Assembly: GCA_052327205.1 (NCBI GenBank)
Contig: CM126228.1
Location: 20,150,001-20,214,000 of the forward strand
Direction: 5' to 3'
Length of the DNA: 64,000 nt
Source: Somniosus microcephalus
Taxonomy: Eukaryota
Numbering within the stretch: the stretch's first letter is position 1; the number at the start of each line of letters is the position of its first letter. The notes beneath the pieces were generated by a model, which was not told the DNA's origin, ran no database searches, and saw only the letters and a list, made by a program, of their open reading frames with translations. Shown one piece after another: positions 1-8,951 of this stretch. The position numbers and the translations under genes are program-made.

Positions 1-1886
1 GATTGAACTGAATCGAACTGCTCTGTGGTACAGTGTGTCACTACACAGGGTACTGCTTATTTTTTATTAATCAGATTGATGCTATTTAATACATTACATC
101 TCATCTATGTAGCTAGCAAACGGGCTTGGATAGTAAGTCATAATGTGACATACTGCAAAGTGAGCAAAAAGTAATAAAGCAGCAGATAGATATAATAATG
201 CAATTATAATTCATTCTGTAGCATGAACAAAATCTCAACAATGGATCTCAACAACACTTCTATGCTGAAGGGAATACTAATTCCCTGACCTCATCAAAAC
301 GACTTTCAATGTAGTCATGCTTACCCTGAATGTTCTTTTCAAGATCTCACCAAATTATAATGGAGGTTAAGTCTCTATGCAGGTTAACCCTGGTAGTTTT
401 GTCAACACTCTGTTACCTTGATGCTTGCACTATGCACCAAAGAACTTGAAAAAGATCATTTGGCCCACATGTACAATTTACCTTACAATGAATTCAACCT
501 CATCTATTTAATTTTCTACAGCAACATGCGGCATAAATATCCCTGATCCCCAGATGAAGTCAGGGGAAAAAACGCTGTGTATTTAACCATCTCCATTGTC
601 TAACCCTGGCTTCCACTGATAACTGCCTCTCCCTTTCCCTGCTCGTGTGGTTCAACAGTGGCCACTGTGTTTTAAATCAATCAGAGGAGGGGTAGCAGCA
701 AACTGCTGAAAACTGACCTCATGTCCCTCATTCTCCAAGCACTGCTCACCACAGTCTGAACTGACAGCTGGGCTGCTACAGTTTTGCAGCAACCACAACC
801 AGATTCCGCACTGTGAGACTGTCGGTTCTGTGGTAAGTCAGTCCAGGGTTTGGGATTCATCTCAATCAATTATAATAAAATACGGTGTATAATTAGTGCC
901 ACACTGGTGGATTTTGTGTAGAAAACTTGCTGATTTTTAAACTTTTTTTGGTAGCAACATGCTCTACACATTTAAAATGGTTAAATATTCCTTCACTTTC
1001 TCCAATGCTCAAAACCAACTTGATACACATTAACAGACAGGACATATGGTTTGAATGTTTTATTACAGGACTGTTTCACATCTTTGTAAAAGAAAGCCAG
1101 GACTTTTCCCCCTGTATGTTTTCGCTGGACCTCTTCATGGTCCATGGTGCCAGAGATCGTTATGACGAGGTAGGCAAACTGACAGGAAGGCAGTAGGTCC
1201 TTTTACCGCCTTTCTAGTTCCTTTACTTGAACTTCAAATCTGGGGCTAACGTTCAGTCCTGTGGGATTAACAACAATTTTTCCACCCCTGTGGTCAACAA
1301 TAATCTCAAACTCTCCAATATAGCCATGCTTGATCATTACTGTCAGGGATCTCACAATCACTTTCGAGCATGGCCAAATGAGAACCCAGCACTTTCCACA
1401 TTTCTCTGCATTGTTGATGTTTAGGAACTTCGGAACAGGAGGAGGCCATTCAGTCCCTCGAGCCTGATCCGCCAGTCAATTAGATCATGGCTGATCTGTA
1501 CCTCAACTCCGTTCGTCCGCCTTAGCTCCATATCCCTTGAAACCCCTTACCCAACAAAAATGAATCGATCTCTGTCTTGAAAGCTCCAATTGTCCCAGCA
1601 TCCACAGGCTTTTTGGGGGAAGAGAGTTCCAGATTTCTATTACCCTTTGTGTGAAAAAATGCTTCCAGATTTTCCTCCTAAATGGCCTATTTTTAAGCTT
1701 ATGTTCCCTCGTTCTGGATTCCCCCCACCAGGGGCAATAGTTGCTCCATATTTACCCTATTGAATCCTTTTAAACACCTCGATCGGATTACCCCTCAATC
1801 TTCTAAACTCAAGAAAATGCGGCAAGTTTATGCAACCTGTCCTCATAATTTAACCCTCTAAGCCCCGGTATCATTCTAATATGGTG

Positions 1887-1955
1887 GGTAGGTGGGGTCA
1901 AGGCTAATGCTGAGTAGGTGGGGTCAAGGCTAATGCTGAGTAGGTGGGGGTCAAG
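1887..1955 (+). repeat. Short tandem duplication of a 26-bp unit (gtaggtggggtcaaggctaatgctga, about 2.5 copies)
   Basis: Directly visible repeat. Confidence 0.8.
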
Positions 1956-1967
1956 GGATATGGTGGG

Positions 1968-2194
1968 TGACATGAATCAGTCATTCATGAAAGAAAGACT
2001 TATGAAATAATACTGAGCGGCCTGCAGTTGGCGCTGTCCAGGGAGAGTATAAATACTCGGGCACGGGCCCAGCTTGCGCAGGACATTCTTAACAGGAACT
2101 AGTGAAGGACACAACTAGACCTCCATGTTGTAAAACAGTTGATTAAAGCTTTGTTTAACACTTCGACCAAGTGCCTAGTAGTTTTCTTACATCA
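1968..2194 (+). mobile_element. Solo LTR (227 bp), same family as the LTRs at 8103/8723
   Basis: TG...CA termini, TATAAA, ATTAAA, 5-bp TSD GTGGG (1963-1967 / 2195-2199), end-to-end similarity to 8103-8331. Confidence 0.93.
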
Positions 2195-2721
2195 GTGGGT
2201 AAGTGGGGTTGAGAGATATGGTGGGTGCCTAAATGAGGGTCAAGGGGGTATGGTGAGCAAACAGGTAGGTAGGGTTGACCTATGAAAATGACAGGCTTGT
2301 GAGCCTATTTGCTCTTACAGCAATTTTCTATTTCAAGTCCCTCCCATTCGTGTGTTGGGAAAACGAGGTGGGTTGTTTGAGTACAGGAAGAATTGGGCTC
2401 CATTGGGACGTGGCTAAGGATTACATTTTGGTCAGCAATCTTCTGCTACAAAAAAGAGTTACAACATTTTGGAGAATCTGCCCTGCACCCCCCTCCGAGG
2501 CCAATATATCCTTCCTGAGGTGTGGTGCCCAAACCTGAATGCAGTGCTCTCGATGGGGTCTGACCAAGGCTCTGTATAACTGAAGCATCACTTCTCCTCC
2601 TTTGTAATCCAGTCCCTTTGAGATAAAGGAGGCTGTTTGTAAGGGCATTAGCAAAAACATTCATGCAAACTTCTTCAGTCCGCAGTAATAGCTGCCACTT
2701 ATCACGTAGCTTTCTCCCCTG

Positions 2722-2824
2722 ATAGAGGATCAGCCATGATCATATTGAATGGTGGAGCAGGCTCGAAGGGCCAAATGGCCGACTCCTGCTCCTATTTTTC
2801 TATGTTTTTTCTATGTTTCTATGT
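2722..2824 (+). mobile_element. CR1 LINE 3' end fragment
   Basis: GATCAGCCATGATC...GGAGCAGGCTCGAAGGGCC..ATGGCC.ACTCCTGCTCCT followed by a (ttctatgt)n tail. Confidence 0.85.
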
Positions 2825-2881
2825 CACAAAGCAGCTGTGGCAGATGAGTATTAGGTAGTAGGCAGCCAATACCTAGTATAT

Positions 2882-3023
2882 TTTTCCAGTTCTGACAATG
2901 GGTCATCGGCCTGAAACGTTAACTCTGTTTCTCTCTCTACAGATGCTGCCTGACCTGCTGAGTATTCCCAGCATTTTTTGTTTTTATTTAAGCTTTCCAG
3001 CCTCTGCAGTGTTTTGCTTTTGT
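2882..3023 (+). mobile_element. Short Penelope-like pLTR fragment (family A) with a degenerate hammerhead motif
   Basis: Matches the 3' end of the GIY-YIG element at 15362-16577; 10-bp TSD CCTAGTATAT (2872-2881 / 3024-3033). Confidence 0.82.
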
Positions 3024-3228
3024 CCTAGTATATCAATATCTGGTACTCTGAATCAGAATGTTGTGAATGGACAGCAGTCTTCTAATCTTCATTGATTTAC
3101 AACTCATTAATCGCCATGGTTTTCACACCTTGCTCAGTTGCCTTCTAAACTGGACTCAGTGTTACTGATTAAGGAACTGAAATCAAGGGGGGTATTTACA
3201 TTTCTCACCGTGCACATTTCAGATGTAG

Positions 3229-3692
3229 ACACTTTACAACCTTCCAGACTTAACACTGATTTCAATAACTTCAGATCATAACCACTGCTCCTATTTTTTC
3301 AGACAGCAGGTGTTGATAATGGTTCTGTTGTTGCCATTTACAGCTCCTCTAGACCCATCTTTTGTTTCTTTACTTGTCCCATTATCACCCCCTTTTGCCT
3401 CACACCATCATCGCCTGTCATTTAATCACTCCTGCCTTCCACCCTATCACAGACCTTCCCTACTGTTCTTTCCTCCCCTCCCCCCCCCCCCCCCCACCAT
3501 TTCCCTGCCTCTGTACTTGCTTAAAAACTGTTACATCTCTAACTTCTCCCAGTTCTGACGAAAGGTCATCAGCCTGAAATGTTAACTGTTTCACTCTCCA
3601 CAGATCTGCTGAGATCTGCCTGACCTGCTGAGTATTTCCAACATTTTCTGTTTTTATTTCAGATTTCCAGCATCTGCAGTATTTTGCCTTTG
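3229..3692 (+). mobile_element. Penelope-like element 3' end (end of GIY-YIG ORF plus pLTR, family A)
   Basis: Encodes TLQPSRLNTDFNNFRS*, homologous to the end of ORF 15854-16183. pLTR with CTGACGA...GAAA core at 3555-3579. 11-bp TSD TTCAGA(T/C)GTAG (3218-3228 / 3693-3703). Confidence 0.88.
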
Positions 3693-3989
3693 TTCAGACG
3701 TAGGCTTATTGTGCAAGATATGAAATGCATGGAAATGTACAATAATTATGTCCTGACACCACTCTGATTCAGAACACTAGGTATCGGGTCCAATACAGTC
3801 GTAAAGGGGAAAACTGGGCAAGAAAAACAAGGGGAAATCAGCGGCTGCAAGTGGAAACTCTGTGGCAGGTGCTAAGGTCTATGACAGTGGAATCATGGAG
3901 CATTAGTGGCCTTAATAATAATTCCTAAACCTTTTCACCAATCTTTGCCACTGAGTCTTCTAAACAGTCCTAAAAGAGTTTTTTTTTAA

Positions 3990-4336
3990 TTCATTCATGG
4001 GATGTGGGTGTCACTAGCAAAGCCAGCATTTATTGCCCATCCCTAATTGCCCTTGAGAAGGTGGTGGTGAGTCGCCCTCTTGAACCAGTGCAGTCCGTGT
4101 GGTGAAGGTACTCCCACGGTGCTGTTAGGGAGGGACTTCCAGGATTTTGACCCAGCGACTGTGAAGGTAACATGATATATTTCCAACTCAGGATGGTGTG
4201 TGACTTGGAGGAGAACTTGGAGGTGATGGTGTTCCCATACGCCTGTTACCTTATCCTAGGTGGTAGAGGTCGGGGGTTTGGGAGGTGCTGTCGAAGAAGC
4301 CTTGGCGAGTTGCTGCAGTGCATCTTTTAGATGGTA
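3990..4336 (-). mobile_element. 3' end of a non-LTR retrotransposon (same family as 23261-23712)
   Basis: Reverse complement matches 23340-23700 (CACCACCACCTTCTCAAGGGCAATTAGGGATGGGCAATAAATGCTGGC). Confidence 0.85.
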
Positions 4337-4447
4337 CAAGAACTTTTGCCAGCCAAAGTGATGTAGTGATCCCAGTCTCCTGGTCCAGTTTTACTAATGT
4401 AAGAAGTCACACAACACCAGGTTATAGTCCAACAGTTTTATTTGAAA

Positions 4448-4484
4448 TCACAAGCTTTCGGAGCGCTGCTCCTTCGTCAGGTGA
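4448..4484 (-). ncRNA. Predicted minimal type I hammerhead ribozyme (family B), inverted copy
   Basis: Exact reverse complement of 4897-4933. Confidence 0.75.
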
Positions 4485-4896
4485 AGTGGAGAGATGCATA
4501 AAGACACAGCTTATATAGTCAGAGAATAATGCCAGATGATTACAGGTAATCTTTCTAACTGCCATTTATCACACCTCGGCAGAGAGATAATCACAGCAAT
4601 CAAAGGTGTGAATGGTGTCCAAACAGGTCAGTCAGGAAAACATTACATCAAAGAACAATGAGGTGGGGTCACAAGGGGTCAAATGTTGCAGATGCTGGGG
4701 TCTGTATGAAAAACAAAAAACAGACAAAAAAACATTTTTTTTGCTGGAAATCACAGCAGATCCGGCCGCATCTGTGTAGAGAGAGCAAGCCAACGACGAC
4801 TCGAGTCTGGATGACCCTACATCAGGTGGGGTTACCTGTAATCATCTGGCAGTGTTCTCTGACTATATAAGCTGTGTCTTTATGCATCTCTCCACT

Positions 4897-4933
4897 TCAC
4901 CTGACGAAGGAGCAGCGCTCCGAAAGCTTGTGA
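4897..4933 (+). ncRNA. Predicted minimal type I hammerhead ribozyme (family B)
   Basis: TCAC-CTGACGA-A-GGAGC-AGC-GCTCC-GAA-AGCT-T-GTGA: helix I TCAC/GTGA, core CUGANGA/GAAA, 5-bp helix II, palindromic loopless helix III (AGCU). Confidence 0.75.
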
Positions 4934-5388
4934 TTTCAAATAAAGCTGTTGGACTATAACCTGGTGTTGTGTGACTTCTTACATTTGTCCACCCCAGTCC
5001 AACACCGGCATCTCCACACCAGTTTTACTAAAGCTGCTGACATCATTTATTTACCTGAGGTATACTATCATCTTCAGACAATCTTCAGGCTAACAAATGA
5101 AAGCAGAAATATTTTTAACAGGGACTAATGCTCAAAAATGCGTTAATGTTAAATCAATTATAAAATGAACGGAATAAATAAATGTTCCTCAGTGATTTAC
5201 CTGGACATATTTTAATTGTCTTACAATGAAGCAAAACTCTGTTTTCTTGAGTGATGCAGTCTGCAGAAGAACATACGTCCTGAGGTAATTCAAAGCATTG
5301 GTAGGACTCGTTTCAAGAGACCTAGGTTTATTTGTATTCCTCCCCGCAGTCTTCCTGTCCTGAAGCAGCGACTTGTACTGGGGTACAG

Positions 5389-5629
5389 TTCACTCAGAGG
5401 GTTGTGAATCTTTGGAATTCTCTACCCGAGGGCTGTGGATGCTCAGTCGTTGAGTATATTCAAGGCTGAGATCGATAAATTTTTGGACTCTAGGGGAATC
5501 AAGGGATATGGGGATAGGGCAGGAAAGTGGCATTGATGATGTTAAAGTTCAGCCATGATCTTATTAAATGGCGGAGCAGGCTCGAAGGGCCGTATGGCCT
5601 ACTCCTGCTCCTATTTCTTATGTTTCTTA
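5389..5629 (+). mobile_element. CR1 LINE 3' end
   Basis: TTCACTCAGAGGGTTGTGAATCTTTGGAATTCTCT (FTQRVVNLWNSL) followed by the conserved 3'UTR and TTCTTATG tail. Confidence 0.88.
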
Positions 5630-8102
5630 AGTGACAGCGGCTCTTCGATACCAATTTGCCATAGTCAATACTGGAGTGTGGACAGTGACTGGCAAGATAC
5701 TCAAAGTTAAGACCAGTCCTGTGCTCATCTGCCATGCACACATATGCCTTCCAACAGAAGTATCTGGATAATAATCGGGCACAGCAATCATGACCCACTT
5801 TTTTTCTCTCATCCTTGGCCCAGAAACACCAAGACCAATTATATTGCCCTGTTGCCACCCTAGATACGATCACTTAAATCAACACAGACCAGCAATTGAT
5901 CTTGGCATCTACCTGGTCAGAATTGTTCAGTGCCATACTACGTGGCACATTTGCCCATTCAGCATTCATGAAGGTGCTGTGAATTGTATTTCTGTTGAAA
6001 TTTTGACAATGTTAAAGCAATTCCTCCGAATGTGATACTTGATTTCTTTTGTAGGAGAAGGAATGAACAATTCCATGACCGAACTTAGGAATCTGTGAAT
6101 GTTGAATCCATGAAGTGGGGTCAAATCTGCATTTAATTCTGGAAAGCAGTGTGTTTAAAAGCACATCCTGGAGCTGCCTGCTTGTTTTGAGAGACAGATT
6201 TCTTTGTTCCTATAGCCAAGCGTACATATCTGTGGTAACATTTTAAAACGCTGTGCATAATTGCTGTAATTAAGAGACAATTTACTCAACTATAACATTC
6301 TACTGTTTGAATTGCATGTCTAACTTAATATTTGCTCTTGTATATCATCAGTAATTCTGCTTTTACTCACCATGGAACCCTTCGCATGTATGCTTTCTAG
6401 AAGTCTTTGAGAAATAAGTGGAAAAGGTGACCATGTGATGTTAAAATCAGCATCTTACTTACAGTGCAATTCTAAACCCAAATAATCTCCTCGCTGGACT
6501 TTGGCGTTGGCACCATCCCTAACTGCTGTGTCAAATAGAATTCTTGTTAATGTATCTAGTATTTAGTCTATTCCTTAGAGTAAAAGTGCACACCAAATAC
6601 AATGTGATGGACAAGGGTCGCAGAAATCATTAAGGCAGTTAATCCGTTGGTGATATTTAACCTTTAGAGGACAATGGAACACTTTCTGACAAAAATAGAT
6701 AGCAAAGACAGTTGCAATCATAGCTTGATAGGTTGATGCTTTGAGTGTAGCCCTTTGTCATGTTGACGAACTGTTCTGATGATCAGGCAGACTTCAAACA
6801 TTAACCTTATTTTTCTTTCCCTGAGGCGTATCAGCCTGCTGTGACATTCCAGCATTTTTGTTTTTTGTTGCAGATTTTCAACAGCTTTTCTTTTACTCGC
6901 AATGTTGGAGCAGCCAAATGCTGTGATTTTTCAGATTTCTCGAATTCTATCTTATATAATGCTAGTCAGTTGTTGAAACTTAAATAAATTCACAGTGTGA
7001 GATGTTGTGCTGTAAAAAACGGATTCATTCACGAATCTGTGGCATTTCTCTTTAAAAAAAACACATTATAAAGCCAGGGTTTGTAGAACCTTCTCCACAA
7101 GCAACAGTTATAGCATTTAGTAATTACTCTCTATTTCTGGTACACAGATCTGTGGCAGTACAGAGAAGGTGAGATTGGATGAGTGTTTAGACTGCATCGG
7201 GTGTAATTGCATATCTGAGTCCTGACAGCAGATCCAGATGTCTGTGGTAAGTAGATGATGAATATTGGCTTCTGCAAATGTAACTGTGTTTGTTGTAAAT
7301 TAATTAAAATCCTAATCCCTCCTTTTGAACGGTCAAGAATTTAGATTTACTGCAGGAGAAATCGTTTTTCACCCACTTCAGTGAATGCAGTATTGATGAG
7401 TGCCTGTTCTCACTGACATTCAAAGTTTAAACTAGGGTCAACACAGCCTTTTCTATAATATATACACAAGAGAAAGTTCGAAAGCCAAGTTTTAATGTAG
7501 TTTAATATGCAAATTTCTAAATTCTTTAAGGCGGCAGGTCATTTAACACTTTGTTCCTATTAAAGATATGTCACTTTAATAAAGAATACTAAAGGATGAC
7601 TAGGTCAGCTTGTTGATTGCAAGCTGAAACATGTGGAATCTCAGTTCTGTGTGTATTAAATGGGTGGGTTTTACACCTGCTTTTAATAGGATAGAGGGCA
7701 TCATACAGAAAACAGTTCTTTTAATCAGTAGCCAAACCAAAATGTAATTAAATGATTTAATAAAAGTAAAAATACAAAATCACATAACAAAACTTCACAC
7801 TGCACTAGGTGTCGTGTCTGCTGCAGTGTTAACTTGCCCACGTTTAATATTTTGGGTGCAAAATAATCACAAGTACACTGGCAGCCTCAGCCATCTGCTG
7901 CTGAAACCAACATCCATTCTTTTGTTACCTCCAGACTTGAATGCTCTCCCATCTTCCACCCACCATCCCAAACTCTGCTGCCCACATCCTATCTCACACC
8001 AAGTCTCATTCACCCACAACCCCAGTGCTCACCGACCTACATTGGCTTCCGGTCGACCAACACCTCGATTTTAAAATTCTCATCCTCCTGCTCAAATCCC
8101 TC

Positions 8103-8951
8103 TGACATGAATCTTGTCATTCATGTGGAAATGACTTAGGAAATGATACTGGGCGGCCTGCTGGTGGCGCTGTCCAGGGAGAGTATAAATACTCGGGCAT
8201 GGGTCCAGCTTGCTCAGGACATTCTTTAACAGGAACTAGTGAAGGACACAATTGGATCTCCATGTTGAAAAACAGTTGATTAGAGCCTTGTTTAATACTT
8301 AGACCAAGTGCCTAGTAGTTTCCTTACATCAATTTAATCAACTGCAACCCGCTCCACGCTCTGAGTGATTTGGGAACAGACAGCTATGATTCAAACTGGA
8401 GAAGGGAACTCGGATGTAGTAATCAATCCATCATGGAGAAACTACTCAGATCCACCTGTCTTGACCTGGACCCGAATTCACTTACAGCTGCTAAGGTATG
8501 GCAATGCTGGTATTGTACCTTCAGCAACTTTCTCGAGGAGTGTGGTGAGAATGTTCCTAATAAGTTACAAATGCTTGCCAATTATGTATCCCCTCATGTG
8601 CTTGACTATATTGAAGACTATGTAGACTATGACTCCACTATCCAAACAACTGCGTCTATTCTTAGTCCGATTAATTCGGTAGAAGGAAGCTGCCGGACTT
8701 CCAATCATTCAGGCGGGAAGAATGACATGAATCTTGTCATTCATGTGGAAATGACTTAGGAAATAATACTGGGCGGCCTGCTGGTGGCGCTGTCCAGGGA
8801 GAGTATAAATACTCGGGCATGGGCCCAGCTTGCTCAGGACATTCTTTAACAGGAACTAGTGAAGGACACAACTAGATCTCCATGTTGAAAAACAGTTGAT
8901 TAAAGCTTTGTTTAATGCTTAGACAAAGTGCCTAGTAGTTTTCTTACATCA
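8103..8951 (+). mobile_element. Miniature non-autonomous LTR retrotransposon (849 bp): LTRs 8103-8331 and 8723-8951, 391-bp internal region
   Basis: Two 229-bp TG...CA direct repeats differing at 9 positions; 5-bp TSD CCCTC (8098-8102 / 8952-8956); polypurine tract AGGCGGGAAGAA just before the 3' LTR. Confidence 0.95.
8433..8648 (+). pseudogene. Truncated N-terminus of a Gypsy-type Gag
   Basis: MEKLLRSTCLDLDPNSLTAAKVWQCWYCTFSNFLEECGENVPNKLQMLANYVSPHVLDYIEDYVDYDSTIQT resembles, from memory, the M(D/E)KLLRPxRLDxDPNSxxAAKxWxHWxxTFxNF start of aquatic-animal Gypsy Gags. It lies immediately downstream of the 5' LTR. Confidence 0.75.

Larger units (their letters stand above)
1423..2633 (-). mobile_element. 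5'-truncated CR1-type LINE inserted into the RPS15A pseudogene, itself interrupted at about 1880-2470
   Basis: RT C-terminal motif ISKGLDYKGGEVMLQLYRALVRPH..HCIQVWAPHLRKDI (ORF 2421-2660). CR1 3' end (GATCAGCCATGATC...GAATGGCCTCCTCCTGTTCC) on minus at 1424-1500. Candidate TSD TGTTT at 1418-1422 and 2634-2638. Confidence 0.88.
1059..2670 (-). pseudogene. RPS15A: Processed pseudogene of 40S ribosomal protein S15a, split by a 1.2-kb insertion (5' part 2634-2670, 3' part 1059-1422)
   Basis: Minus strand translates to VCMNVFANALTN (2670-2635), then [110 protein letters not shown], matching RPS15A ([35 protein letters not shown]...). Intronless, with an in-frame stop, small deletions and a lost ATG; AATAAA at 1064-1059. 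Confidence 0.93.
4398..5018. mobile_element. Penelope-like insertion (family B) with two inverted pLTR copies, each carrying an intact minimal hammerhead motif
   Basis: About 4398-4550 is the reverse complement of about 4832-4984. A 3' tail extension (4985-5018) is present on one copy only. 13-bp TSD CCAGTTTTACTAA (4385-4397 / 5019-5031). Confidence 0.85.

Noticed and set aside
6463-6556. Extra minus-strand exon candidate (TLTRILFDTAVRDGANAKVQRGDYLGLELH, GTAAGT donor)
   Set aside because: Would need a 58-nt intron to the next candidate and gives an in-frame stop when joined; acceptor is weak.
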